Source: Marsupella aquatica (Eukaryota > Plantae > Marchantiophyta). From it: a stretch of DNA of 64,000 nt. The stretch lies in the NCBI GenBank assembly GCA_973895155.1, contig OZ316893.1, positions 28,096,210-28,160,209 of the forward strand, written 5' to 3'. A program made the position numbers and the translations under genes. This document shows, piece by piece, positions 1 through 13,040 of this stretch (positions are counted from its first letter, which is position 1; every line of letters starts with the position of its first letter). The notes beneath the pieces were generated by a model. It was not told the DNA's origin. It searched no databases and saw only the letters and a list, made by a program, of their open reading frames with translations.

Positions 1-85
1 TCATGCAGGCAACAATGCCAAAGATGAGTATGTTCCACAGGGAGGTCCCAAGACTTCTAATGAGGACGGGGCAGATGTTCCTAGG

Positions 86-3000
86 ATGGTTTCTGACATT
101 TTTCAAGACCTGGATGCACTTTATGAAGATGCAGAGGCACAGGGGGACGAAGAACCAGACATGCATGGTGCAGATCCATCGGACCAAGAAGAGTTTGACA
201 TTGGAGAAGGAGCTGGAGATGATGGTCAATTCTTGGGAACTGGGGCCTACTTGGAGGAAGCTACGTCCCCATTGTATGGTGGTGCAAATTGCTCCAAACT
301 AGGGTTCATAGTGATGTTCCTCAATATATGTGGATGTCACCGTGTGCCCAACATATGTGTAACAGAGTTGTTGATGTTCCTATAGAGGACAGTACTACCC
401 GCTGGAAACATTGCTCCTAAGAACATGTATGAGGCAAAGAAGGTGATGAGCAAACTTGGTTTGAATTATGTGTCCATCCATGCATGCCCAGATGGCCATG
501 TACTTTTCAGAAAAGAATATGCTGATTGCCTATCCTGCCCTATCTGCGGAAAGCACAGATATAAGAACGTGGGGAAGTCAACTCAACCTGCTAAGGTCCT
601 ACGGCATTTCCCTCTCATTCCAAGATTGCAGCGCCTCTATAGGTGTCCATCCATTTCTAAGATGATGACTTGGACCTCTGATCAGAAGAGTATAGATGGT
701 TTGCAACGTCACGTTGGAGATTCCAACCACTGGAAGTACATAGATGAGAAGTGGCCGGACTTTGCAGCATAGAGCAGAAATGTGAGGTTTGGTCTAAGCC
801 TTGACGGTGCTAATCCTTTTGGAGACAAGAACAACGTGTATTCTTGCTGGCCAGTGACTTTGATAAATTATAATCTCCCGCCTTGGATATCCACCAAGCG
901 TTTTTTTGTGATCTTGTGTCTTATGATTCCCGGCCCAAACTCTGCTATAAGTGCAAACATAGATGTTTGGTTGGCCCCTGCGGTGGAGGAATGGGTTACT
1001 CTATGGACACATGGAGTTATGACAGTCGATGCACTTTGTGGACCTGGTAGACCGAGGACATTCAACCTACGTGCAATGTGTGTTAATTCAATAGCAGACT
1101 ACCCTGGACATAGCATGATATCTGGGCAGGTAGGGAAGGGATATCTGGGTTGCACACGATGTGGCCCACATGTTACATCTGAACGGTCCGTTTCCTTGGG
1201 CAGTATCAAATTCCAGGGCCACAGGCGATATCTTCCTGCCGACCACCCTTTCAGGCACAGGCAATCCCACATAGCCCACTTCAACAACCAGAGGGAGCTT
1301 CGAGAGTCTCCTGTGTTGGTTAGTAGAGACCAACTTCTGCAGTGGGGACTGAACAAGGTGTCTTATGATGAATATGGTGCTTGTAGAGACGTGCCAGATG
1401 ACCCAGCAAAGACTCATGGCATCGAAAGGCAGACAATGATGGACACATCATTGGAGTATTGGAAGGTAACATTTGCATATTCACTTGTACTCAGTGAACC
1501 TCTTCAGATCCTATGCACAACAGTTTTTAGTTCTTGTGTCTGAACCTAATTGTGGCAATCATGCGTACTTCATGGGTGCAGGATTTTGAGCCAAGCAAAC
1601 ATAACATTGATGTTATGCACATTGAGAAGAATGTATGCGAAAGTCTTTTGAAGTTTCTATCGGGGGACAACGATACTGCAGCAGTACGAAAGGACCTTCA
1701 GGAGAAGGGCATTCGTCCTCAACTTTGGCTGCAAGAATCCCAGAATAGGCCGGGTGTGGTTTTCAAGTACCAAGCTCCATATGTTTGCACCCAGAACGAG
1801 TGGAACACAATTTTGTCTAGGCTGAGTTCGTTCAGAGTACCCTCTGGGTATGCTGGAGCCTTTGCAAAGCATATAAGGAAGAAGAAGTTGGGAAGCATGA
1901 AAACTCATGACTTCCATGTTATGATGCAAGACATTCTACCAGTATGTCTGAGGGGATTGATGCAAAAACCAGTTTGCAATGTCATTTTGAGACTATGTCA
2001 GATCTTTCGTCGTATTTGTGTGAAGGTGTGGGACCCTACAACATTTCCTCAGTTAAAGGCAGATACTGTGCGTGTGCTTTGTGACTTGGAGATTTATTTC
2101 CCGCCAGCATTTTTTGATGTCATGACTCATTTGATCATCCATGCGGTTGAAGATCTGGGCCACTACGGCCCAGTGAGTACAAGGTGGATGTATCCAATGG
2201 AACGGTACATGAAGTTGCTAAAAGGCCATGTACGTACTTATTACAGGCCTGAAGCAAGCATGGCTCTCGGTTACATTCAAGAAGAGACCTTGGGGTTCCT
2301 TACAGAGTACATGGCTGGTGTAGACAGTGTTAGGAGCAGGGTGTGGGATGCTGAGGAAGAAGAGGGGGTGGCTGGAGAGGTTCTTCAAGGCGCTTTTACT
2401 TCCTTGCAATTGTCTGCATAAGTTCGTGATGCAGCACACTTATATGTCTTACACAATACAGTCATGATGCAACCTTGGTGGCAGTGAGTACTCATGTTTC
2501 CGCACCCTCCTTGCATTCCTTCTTTATTCATATCCATTTTGGTAGGATATGTACATTGTATTGAGAAATTGTTCTCATTGTCATCATGCAGGGAATACAA
2601 TGTGCAGAAGGCCGCCCAATTAGGGTTAAATCACCAGGCATTCCCTACTTTTCCTGAGTGGATCAGGACAACAATTCGAGAGCATAGCAGGCAGAACCCA
2701 AACATGGATAGAGATGTTCTCCTCTTGTCTGTGCCTCCCAGACGTATTGTACAGCGGTATAAACGGATGAAAGCATATGGGAATCAGTACCGTGTGCATG
2801 ATGATGAGGACAAGCATTTAGTGACATATAATTCGGGGGTAATATCTGTGTTTGAGCATATAGATGCTCAGAGCAACAGGGGCTGGATGGAGATGGGATA
2901 TGTTGGGAAGTTGGCAGACATCTGGGCACTGAATTATGGGAACACATCACAACAAATCATCCTAATGAAAGGTTCATGGGTGAAGCCAGATTGGCATGGG

Positions 3001-3348
3001 CCAAGAGCGACCATGAAACGGGATATGGATGGCTTTCTAATGGTCAATTTTAACCAAAGACTGGCAGAATGGATGGAGCCTTTTGTGTTCCCAAGTCAAG
3101 TGGAGCAAGTATTTTTTTTAGATGTGGAGGAGTCTCGTGGTTGGCGTGTAGTCTGCCATAGCTCACCTAGAGTTCGAAGGATGGAGGGTACTAAAATAGA
3201 GTTCAGTTTGGATGCACATGGGGCCTTTGAACAACCGGCAGTAGACGTTGTACATCGGGGCCAGGGGACCAGGGAGTACATCCCCTTGACAGTGAGACAG
3301 ACTTATGAGGGAGAGGTTGAAGCTGACATGGACGAAGATGATGAGTAG
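86..3348 (+). pseudogene. CACTA TnpD-like transposase (Transposase_21, DUF4218 and DUF4216-like regions) with premature stops
   Basis: Motifs IHACPDG..CPICG..RY, LRHFPLIPRLQRLY, GLSLDGANPF, SCWPV..YNLPPW, IDVMHIEKNVCE, MKTHDFH, FPPAFFDVMTHL, RWMYPMERYMK, EPFVFPSQVEQVFF. In-frame stops at 383, 770 and 2419. Probable GT-AG introns at about 1467-1581 and 2484-2591. Confidence 0.9.
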
Positions 3349-3696
3349 TTGGATTTGTTTTGTTGTGAGTAGGTGACTCTTTGAAGTGCAATGAGTAGCA
3401 AGTATGAGCAATAAATGGATGACTTGTTTGTGCAACCGCAGTAACTTGGTGAGTAGGATGCCAGACGAAAATGGCATGTGTGAGTATGAGAAGCAGGCTG
3501 TGAAACATCGAGCATGGGTTTGCCAATGTGCCGCAGCCCTGTTGGGTGATGTGCAAGAGGCTATTTCGGATATGTAAGGGACTGTGCATAGTATGAGCTG
3601 TATGTGTATCTCGTTGTGTGCGTCTGTTCATTGTGTAGCTTCTGTAATGGACTACTACATACATAACCTGTGTCGAATTTCATGTGGGTGTTGCAG

Positions 3697-6670
3697 TAAC
3701 AAAAGTATCCCAACACTGTTGAAGCGGAGTCAGTGTAGACGGAAGACCTTCTGTAATCCTGACGGACCTAGGCGACGCAGTGAGAGGTTGACTTCAAAGA
3801 CCCCTATTTCAATGGCTGAATCTCCTGATAAGAATGAGGTAGAGGATTGCATGCCTGATGTTGGTGATACAGAATATGATCCTGACCAAGATCCGAATGC
3901 AAGTGCTAGCATGTCAGAGGATGATGACATGCCAAATCCTACCCCTCCACCAAAGCCTGCTTGCAGTAAGGCAACTGGGGGAACTTCTATGAGATCTCGA
4001 CCGACGCCCTCTGTATACTCAGCCCAAGCCCCAAGCAACAGCAATTGCAATAACCCCCAATTTAATGCCCCCAACTATAACTGGCCGCAAGCACGACAGG
4101 GGGGCAATAACTATGGCAGGTCTATGGGTGTAGGCCCTTCTGCCAGCTATATGGGTCCAAGTTGGCCAAGTAAGTGTGAACATTTTAATTTGTTTCATGT
4201 GGACAAGTGTATTTTGAGCTCAAATTGGCTGATTGTGTTCCTCAATAGATGTGGGTCTGAGTATGACAATTTGCCTGGTCTGATGTGAATGGCAGACCCA
4301 ATGTGGGACCGTATGCAGCCCACAAATATGTATGAAGGAGGGTCAATGGGGCCATCGGGGCAATTCATGGGAGGTCCTCTCCCAATGGCGACAGGATGGC
4401 AAGGTTATGGTGGGTATGGTGGGAACCCAGCACCAGCACCAGCACCTTCAGTCCAACCGACACAGAGTCTGCGGAGGGGAGGAGGTATTTTCTACAGCAG
4501 TTCTAAGTAAAGTATTGAAATCAGGTAGTTCACAGAGACCATATGATATTAATGGTGTTAATTGCGTTTCTCTTTTCAGATAACCCTATCACACCCCGCT
4601 CAGGCCATGGGAGAGCAACTCCTGGATTTGCAACACCAAGTAGTGCGTCAGGGAGCACTGGGAGAGGTGAGAATGTGAAGCTGGGTACTGTTGAAGTTGA
4701 TGATGAAGGCCGGATCACAACGATGAGTGCTGGAAAGAATAGATGGCACAATGACTTGCGAATGGAGTGTCTACGGTGGTTGGACATTAGCTGTACTAAC
4801 TTTAATTGTCAACATCCATCTGACTGGGAACTGGTTTGCAAATATATGCGAGACAAGTGGGAATATTTGGGGAATTCTGGGAAAGGGGTCAGTGCTGATT
4901 GTCTTGCAGAGTATGGACGAACTATCATGAAAATAGAGAGGCATCGATTGCACAAAGCATGGATTGCTGATGGCAGTAAACCACATGCTGAAGCACCCCC
5001 AAGTGTTCATGTAGAACAATGGGCTCGACTGAGAGGGACATTCCTGTCTAGGGCAGGACAGGAGAAGTCTGCACAAATGATTGCTGCTAGAAATGCAGTG
5101 AAGAATCCTACGCTTACAGGGAGGGGAGGACATGCACCAGTAGTAGCCAAATTGGTTGGGTTCCCATGCCATACATATCTTTATTTACATTTCAATATTT
5201 GAGTGGACTGTATGTAGTTGTAGCAGCACGCTACGTTTAGGCAAGATTGACATTGAGAAACGTGTCTTGCAATGTTTATGTGCTCCAGAAAAAGCTTACT
5301 GGAGAGAAACCCACAAAAGAGGAGGTTGTGGCAGAAATCAAAAGGGTAAAGTGTGATGAAGGCAGCATTGGATCTAAACAGGTAATTTAGGAGCATTATT
5401 GATGGACAATCTGTTATACAGTCCTTCTTCAGATGTACAGTACTGTCAGCCCTTATGCAATTGTAAAATTGCTGAGAAGAGCCGTTTGGTTGGTGTATGT
5501 GATATATAGCAGGGAGCAGTGTCTACCCTTACAGAGATATCAGACCGGTTGAAGACTGTGGAGAACGCTTGGCCATCAGTAGAGATTGAGATGAAGAGTC
5601 AATTCAAGGACATAGCTAGTCTTCTTCAAAGCCAAGGATCAACCTTAAGGGAAGTACAAGCTGAACTACGTGAGTTGCGGGCGATGCACATTGCTGGCAG
5701 GGTTGAGCACCCAATTGCACATCCATATGAAGAGCCTGCAAATATTGTGGAAGTTGTGCCTACAAAGAAGAGTGGTACGTGTCATCTAAAATCATGTTTA
5801 GTGTAGTGTGACTTTACCTAGGAATTTGAGGTTCATGGATGCAGGATGGTTCAGGTTCAGGTTCTAGACCCTGAAGGTTTGTTACATTGTGTATCAGGTG
5901 ATCAAATTGCAGTGGTTGCAACAGATCCAAAGATCATCGAACTTGGTACAACTGTCATTGAGAGTAAGTAAATGTTGGTTTGAAGACTCTGTCTGGCCTG
6001 TTAATGTGGTTGAGTATCTATGCCATGTACGTTCAATTAGTGCAAACTTGATGGTTTGTTGACAGCTTTAGTGCCTATATGCTTAGTTGTAAATGAAGGA
6101 ATTTGTGGCTGCTATTGAGGTATAGAGCCAGCATAGGAGGAGGTGCGCATACCAAATCCAGCAGGCAGGAAGAGGAGACGAAACTTAGAGGCTACCAAAT
6201 TTTCAGATTCACAGGAGAAGCAGAGTGATGACAATGATGTGATTTTCATAGACTCTCAGCCTCCCCCAGGTATTGGAGATGAGTTTTCTCAATCCCCACC
6301 ACTGATGAACATGGGAAAGATGAGGACCAGAAACAGTGGGAAGGAGACTTTGCCTTACAAGGCACCAAAGAAGAAGAGGAATAACACTTCTCCAAAAGGG
6401 ACAGCAGTGAGCATTGTAGCATAGTCTTCTAGGCTAATGGCAACTGATAATTCTGGTGTTTGTGTTGGGCAAGGCATACTTCAAATTGAAGCAAGTACTT
6501 TCCATGGAAAGAAGGTACTTGCTGATCATGTTGTGCTGTTGTTGACTGCTGTCAGTAAGCCCAAATATCTTCTACCCTTTCCAAACAAGGGAGATGATCC
6601 GCCACACATCCATCTTGTGGATGCTGTGGAATCATTTGTGATGTGGCCTGAGAAATTTGTAGAGTGTTAG
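3697..6670 (+). pseudogene. CACTA second gene (TnpA/Ptta-like), multi-exon
   Basis: Fragmented ORFs downstream of TnpD. 4579-5154 resembles the Ptta/Transposase_24 region (PPSVHVEQWARL..F...KS..M..AR....TGRGG). 6437-6670 resembles the TnpA C-terminal domain (FHGKKV..HVVL...L.FP...L.DAV.SFVMWP). Exon boundaries are approximate. Confidence 0.7.
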
Positions 6671-6832
6671 GTACCAAATACAATTTGAGACTCAAAATGT
6701 GAAGGATTGTTTCAATATATGACCACAATTTGGAGTACATGATGTTGGGTAATACTCTTTTTTTTATGGATTTGCTCATATTTTGAGTTATTATCGTGCC
6801 ATTGTTAGTTGGATTGGTGCTTTTGTGACATT

Positions 6833-7167
6833 AATGACTCAGTCTCGACTATGAATGACAGCATTGTCTATGGAAACTAGTGCGGTCAATTGAGTGTTAT
6901 CAATCACTCACGGAAAACCCCATATGACTCGAACTAAGTCATTCTAAACACTTATGTTTGACTGATGTATGGTTCCAAATACTTGACCCTCTAGTCACTA
7001 AAATGACTAATGACACTAGTCAATAATATGACTAAGTTAATCCAAGTCACCACTTTTATGACTACTAGTTGCAAGAACGACGTCAGTGATTTTCAGTCAT
7101 ACATGACCGGTTTTAGTCATAGTTAGTCATATTTTATGGTAAAAAATAGGGGGTATTTCTACTAGTG
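6833..7167. repeat. CACTA subterminal ATGAC(T) repeats and terminal inverted repeat
   Basis: Dense ATGACT/AGTCAT/GACTA motifs in both orientations, ending in the TIR at 7149-7167. Confidence 0.85.
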
Positions 7168-7273
7168 CAATAAGAGTCCTACTCCCCTCTTCTGCTACCT
7201 GGTACATCTATATAGCTTTGAAGGAGTTTTTTTCAGAGAGGAGAAGAAATTACTATTGGCCAAGTTCAACTTC

Positions 7274-10112
7274 TGTGACGCCGATGACATGGTCCTTATT
7301 CTATAATCTGAGTAACTAGGTTGCTGTATGCAAGGAGTAGCTATTGATACCGCATAACAATTAGCAAGCTGGCAAGAATAAGGGCAATCATGGCGTTAAG
7401 AGTAAGGATAAAGGTATTTCAGCTTGAAGACTGCACAACCAAGGCAGACACAGTTGAGGTAGTCACTGTCAAGGCCACAAAGGAGAAGCTGGGGAAGAGA
7501 GGAGGAAGCGAGTCTCCATAACTGAATATGAAGCTGTGTGGTATGGTGATTGTTCTCATGATAAAATTTGAATGTCTTGGGTGTGTAGCTTCATTTTGTT
7601 AGTTAGTTTAGTGGTTCATAGTCTAGTCTTAGAATGTTAGGGAAATAAAAGGCTATGTCGCGGGTGGTCGGCGACCATATCTCGTTCAATATGTCACCAA
7701 ATCCGGATCTGTAAAGAGCATTGGAAAGATCTGGTCAAGGCGAGTAAAATCGATATAAAACACTCGGGAAACGGAGGTGTATTAAGGAAGATACGGCCTG
7801 ATTAGTGTGACGGGTTAACTTGTGGCCGGAATTAGCGGGTTCGGCTTCAGTTTCGGGTTAACCCAAGCTCGACCATGGCTTAGCTTATGTGAGCATGGCT
7901 TCAGCTTATCTCAGGTAAGCACGGCTTCAGCTTAGCTCAGGTAAACACGGCTTCAGCTTAGCTCAGGTAAGAACGGCTTCAGCTTAGCTCAGGTCAGCAT
8001 AGCTTCAGCTCAGCTCATGTAAGCACGGCTTCGGCTTAGCTTATGTGAGCATGGCTTCAGCTTATCTCAGGTAAGCACGGCTTCAGCTTAGCTCAGGTAA
8101 GCACGGCTTCAGCTTAGCTCAGGTAAGAACGACTTCAGCTTAGCTCAGGTCAGCATAGCTTCAGCTTAGCTTAGGTAAGCACGGCTTCAGCTTAGCTCAG
8201 GTCAGCACAGCTTCAGCTTAGGCTTAACCCGGGTTCGGATTAGATTGATCCCAGGTTAGACTGAACTCGGGTTAGCCTAAACTCGGGCTCAGGTTAGCAT
8301 AGGTAAGCTCGGGTTCGGGCTCAGCTTAGGCTAGGTTAGTGGATAGCGGATAGCGGGTAGCGGCCTAACCCGAGACCACGGGTTAGCTTTACTCGGGTTA
8401 GATAGGATAGCTAGGTTAGCCGAACTCGGGTTAGCTATGTAACTCGGGTTAGCGCAGCAATGAGTACCCCCTCTCGGTTGCGGGGGCATAACTCTCTGTG
8501 TATTTGACCAAATCGGCTATAATTGACCTCGTTGGAAAGAGGAGCTCAAGCCGCTTCCAACGCTGCTATCCACGCAGAAAATGGTTGAATAGAGAAATCG
8601 GGAGAGGAGGCGCAAGCTCGCAAAAACCATGGAGGAGGGCCGAATCTGAAGTACATAGCCAATTCGAGATAGAAATAAAGTTGCGAGTTAGGGTTCAGTA
8701 GTTAGAGATAGTGGCGGCTCTGTTAGGGCTGGGATGGGGCTCCAGTAGCGTAGTATCCACCCATTTGGGCTCAGTATGAGAGTATATAGAGCAGCCCCCG
8801 GTAGAGGCAGGGGGGGACTTCAGTTGTGTGATCTCACTTAGACTGAGCAGCAGGGAGGAGCTCTGTGCAAGCAAGGCTGGACTTGGACGCTGCGTGTTGG
8901 GGAGAGCTTGGTTGTGCTATTACTTAGGGAGTAATCAGCCAAGCTTCACAGCAACGGGTTGCTAGGTTTGCGAGCTGGATTGTGGCTCTTTCTAGTGGGT
9001 AGCACAACTGGGTTCTTTTCCCCCGATACAGAGCCTTGGTGATAGGTGATGTATTGGTGATTGTAAACTGTGGGGAGGATGTCAATTTGATTTGTGGTGA
9101 GCACATTAGGGAGGCTGAGACACTGATTGAGGGGCAGCAGGAGGAGCATTTACAGTTCAGTCTGGCAAGGCTACGTGATCCATGGGGAGTCCCGGCCTTT
9201 GTCTGGTGGAGAGCACTAAGGGATCTATGGCCAGAGCGGAGCTTGCAGGGCAAGCGTGAGGCCGGGCCTCATTGCAGTCTGGGATAGATCGTCGTTAGGC
9301 CTGGTACCAGCTTTGAAGTCGAGTCAACTGTGCATGCGTAACTTGACGTTCTGAATTGGAGGTGTGAGATCTGTATGTGCCCCCAAGAATGAAGTGCAAT
9401 GAAGGAGGTTGAGTTCAGGATTGAGCTTGCATGGCAAGCACGGGGCTTGCGGGGCAAGCACGTCGCAATCTGGAGTAGACAGCCTTCGGGCCTATTGTTC
9501 GGATCAAGTGTTCTCAGTGAACTATTGTGCACATCGTTGAATCTAATTGAGTTTTCCTCTCAGGCCTCATTTCTCTCATGGATGTGTGTGTGTGTGAGGC
9601 AATCTGAGTGTATGATGGGACTAGCAGCGCCACTGAGAGGTGTATAGGGTGCATTGAAGCGGGCTGGGTGAGGACTGTCATAGCTGCGATTGCTGAGAGT
9701 GGAATGGCAGAGTGGTGGGGCAATGGTTTAGAAGTCCCTAAGCCGGGAATCAGTCAGGAGTCACTGGTTTATGGGTACATTCCGGCGGCAAAATAGAAAC
9801 ATACCTATGACAGTAAGCATACGTATAGACCTATGTGCACCGTAGCGCTAGGCCCTGTGTGTACGGGCCCGATATGAAGGCCCCTTCTCACCAGAACTAT
9901 CATGAGCGCAGATCTGATTCCCAACCTTGGTTCTTAGGGATTGAGCTTGGGTGATGTGTGACGGAGTCTTGTTATGATAGTCTGGTGTTAAGGGCATAAA
10001 TTTGTGTTCACCGGCCTTCACAACATCCCTTCGTGATCCTCAGGTACAAAGAGATGGTTTTGGCACCCATGGTGACGTTTTTGGTGTTAAGACCCATGTC
10101 AATCGCGTGACA
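7274..10112 (+). mobile_element. Solo LTR, family A (2839 bp)
   Basis: TGTGACGCC...CGCGTGACA termini with perfect TSD ACTTC (7269-7273 and 10113-10117). Homologous to 59352-61779 and 62830-64000 on the minus strand. Confidence 0.93.
7875..8222 (+). repeat. 26-bp tandem array (GCACGGCTTCAGCTTAGCTCAGGTAA, about 13 copies) in LTR A
   Basis: Head-to-tail repeats with no spacers. Only about 4 copies in the homologous LTR at about 61300-61415. Confidence 0.9.
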
Positions 10113-12103
10113 ACTTCATAAAGTATGGAGAGGCAGATCTAGATATCACCCAGGCCACCTCTGATGACAGTGAGGATGAGGAACCAGTAGAGACAAATCC
10201 TTGAAAGACCCGGTCTGCTGCCCGGAACCTCGACCCGGATTTTGCCGACCCGGCCTCCGTCGACCCGGCTGAATTTCCGGATGCACCCGGCCATGCCTCC
10301 CTAGACACCCTAGCTGATTTCTAGATCATCTCAGATACATTCCAGAAGGTGAAGAGGAAGACCACTGTGATGGAGAAGGCCATCACTGACATTTCTCAGA
10401 AGTTAGGAGTGAAACCAGGGCAGATTCTTGAAAAGATCTCCACCATGAGTGATGCCACAGATAAGAGGAAGTTGGAGAAGGAGAAGGAGAATGAGTTCCT
10501 CAAGAAGAAGGTATCTGAACTCAAACAGCAGTTGGAAAGGAGTAAGAAGAAGAATGAGCTTGAGCATACTCTCCAACTCAATATCACTCAATCTTTGGAT
10601 CTGATTGAGCCTTTGACTAAGATAGCTTCTCTGGATCTTCTTAAGGCCCAAATTTATGATGAGTATTTGGCCAAGAACACCACACCCATCCTTTTCTCCA
10701 AGATTAACCATTTAGTGGTAGATGTGAGTGCCAGAGTAGATGATGCACTTACGGGTCTCTCAAAGACCTGTGAAGCCTTAAGGGAGATGAGTGACTTGAC
10801 TACAGAGGAGCTATTAGCTGATACTGAGATTCCTGCCTTTACTACCAGATCTTTCTCTCCTAGTCCTCATGAAGGAGTCTATTCCACTGGCCCCTCATCA
10901 CCCCTCAACCCTCCTGGTTTCCCCACTCCCAGTACACACTTCCACTCCCATTCTTACACTTATTCTCATGACACAAGTGCCCATCAGGAGAACATGGATA
11001 TTGACCCGTCCATCCCTTTTACCTCTGGCCAGCAGGGAGTTTTCCTTCGACCAGAACCCCTTGCCATGGCTAACCCTAAGGAGGTTCCTTCCCAAAAGCT
11101 AGAACCAGAATAGAGTTATATTTAGAGAGTTAGAGCCACATTAGTTTAGACTTAGAAATAGCAATATAGACTAGTATATGAGTAAGCAGACTCCAGTATT
11201 TTGTTGGTGTATCCATTGGAGACTCTACTCCATTTTTGTCTAGGATAGTTCACTTTTATTTACATATTTCTTTAGACTTGGGTTTTGAAGAGGCATGTCT
11301 TTTCATAATCTCCACTTTTAGTACAAAAGGAGGAGAACCCAAAGTCAACCCTGGGAGAGAGAGATGCATTTGATTTCCCCATTTTGATTTTGGAGAAATC
11401 TATGTCTTTTCTTCCCTTCTTTTTACCATGGTTAAGTAAAGAGAAGTTTCAAGATTAGCAACCCTTTGAGTTGTTGTGCAATATTAAATGAATACTAGCG
11501 TGTGCCTATGATGATATTGGAAGATCAGCAAGGTCTGTGACCAATTCATATAGAAGATTCACCAAAGAGAAATTGGAATTTACGTGAAACTCAAATAAGC
11601 AATCTTAAGGATAGTAGGAGAAGTAAACCAATTCGAGTATCCTAGTACCGTCTTAAGCAAGACCTGAAAAGTGTCCTGGGTTGATTTACATTGTTGTCTT
11701 CTAAATTCAAGAGATGGAGAAGAGTTGTTATGAGAAATCAAAAAGCATATACAATGTTGATTTCCAAATCTTAAATTAGGCCATAATCCTTATTGAAGGA
11801 GTGGTGATGGTCGGAATTCAATTTCCTTGTGCTTTGAAACCTCCTACCTACTCTCTCTAGTTTCAATCTTTGTTAATTCTAGTCTTTATTATTGCACTGT
11901 GAATCCTAAGGATTACCCACTTGAGTTTGTGGTTAAACACTTATGTTAAGGAGATCATTAGAAATCTCTCCAACCTAAGAATGTTGGTGTAAACTTCTCA
12001 AATTGTGTTAATTCAGTCTTTTTGATCTTATCCACTCCTAACGGGAACGAAATCGAGTTATTAAGGAGTAAATAGTCATTTATCTCTTTATCACCTTGCT
12101 ACA

Positions 12104-12620
12104 GTATATTCATGTTTCCTCATGCCTAAGAACTGAATAGAGTTGGCCTCACGGCTTAGTTTGCAGAGCTTGTGTATGAGATGTACTGTTTGTATGGCAA
12201 GTGCATGGTATAACTCAGTCAGAAGGAGTCATTTTGCTATTTGTGTGTTGCATTAACTTGTGTGAAGAGTGCCCACATCAATGAAGGGAAGTAGCAAGGG
12301 AGTGAGAGTTGGATGTGTCGAGCTGAGAGAGGTCTTAGCGGCTTAACCAAGCCAATTGGGGATCATTCCGGCGGCGGAATCCAAACATACCTAATGGAAG
12401 ACTAGGAGAGGAATACAAGGGAAGGCCGGCTAAGTATCTCATGACCCGATGAAGGATCTGTCCAGTATATGTGTGTAAAATGTTAATAGTAGTAGAAGGA
12501 GAGTTAGCAGTGTCCCATGCCGCTAAGCCGCGGAAACGGCCTCGCCGAGGATGAAACCTGCGGGAATCGGCTTGAGCAAGGGGGTTTTCTTGGGTTTGGG
12601 GAGCCATGGGACGCACCACA
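12104..12620 (+). mobile_element. 3' part of a family-B LTR
   Basis: Near-identical to 22162-22699, ending in GGGACGCACCACA. Confidence 0.88.
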
Positions 12621-13040
12621 GGCATCCCCAAAAATGAGCAGCTTGATTGACGTTGCTCATACCCTTCTTGAGTTGATTGTTGATATCTGCTTCCACCCCG
12701 AGTGCTTGCCTGAGCAGCGGACAGTAGTTGGCCTCCCGTAGTCATTTGCTTAGTTCGTGCTTGCAGCCAAATGAGCCACCATTCCTTGCGATCGATCCTT
12801 ACCCCTCCCTGACTGGTCTTCCTTCCCGTTAGTTATCTATAGCCGCCGACATTTAGCGCGCCCTAACCCTAATCGTGTTCCCTCCCCCGGCGTTCTTACT
12901 TCCGGCCTCGGCTCGGGTTCCATCGCCACCCTTAATTGTGTATATTTTCCATATTTTTGTTACTATACTAATGTGTTTCCAGGGTTTACTCCTTATTTTA
13001 TCATTTAAATTGGCCTAGTGATTCCTGGCTAGGCATCACA
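12621..13040 (-). mobile_element. 5' part of a family-B LTR, inverted and inserted into the ParB-like gene
   Basis: The reverse complement begins TGTGATGCCTAG.CAGGAATCACT and matches 18064-18475, including the start of the LTR ORF (MSNVNQAAHFWG). Confidence 0.85.

Larger units (their letters stand above)
1..7167 (+). mobile_element. CACTA (En/Spm) DNA transposon, right-hand part; left end is outside the window
   Basis: TnpD-like and TnpA-like coding regions, then ATGACT/AGTCAT subterminal repeats, then the terminus ...TTTCTACTAGTG at 7167 (reverse complement CACTAGTAGAAA, a canonical CACTA TIR). Confidence 0.92.
7168..11113 (+). pseudogene. LTR-borne accessory ORF (C-terminal part: KSPTPLFCYLVHLY motif, acidic linker, coiled coil), split by solo-LTR A
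   Basis: 7168-7273 joins 10118-11113 once the insertion is removed: KSPTPLFCYLVHLY...LAKFNF|IKYGEADLDITQATSDDSEDEE..., then the K/E-rich coiled-coil ORF 10349-11113. A frameshift and stops are present. Confidence 0.55.
7168..12103 (+). mobile_element. Right part of a long LTR ('family D'), interrupted by the CACTA element and by solo-LTR A
   Basis: Ends ...CCTTGCTACA at 12103, exactly where family-B LTR sequence starts (GTATATTC). Contains a retroelement-type ORF that stops about 1 kb before this end. The left end is not visible. Confidence 0.55.

Noticed and set aside
7875-8222. Regular short repeats that resemble a CRISPR array (also 39987-40104 and 36256-36465)
   Set aside because: Head-to-tail units with no unique spacers and no cas genes. 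They lie inside eukaryotic LTRs or an intron.
8498-9796. Short ORFs repeated between LTR A copies
   Set aside because: The similarity follows from DNA identity of young repeats. They overlap on both strands and show no recognisable domain.
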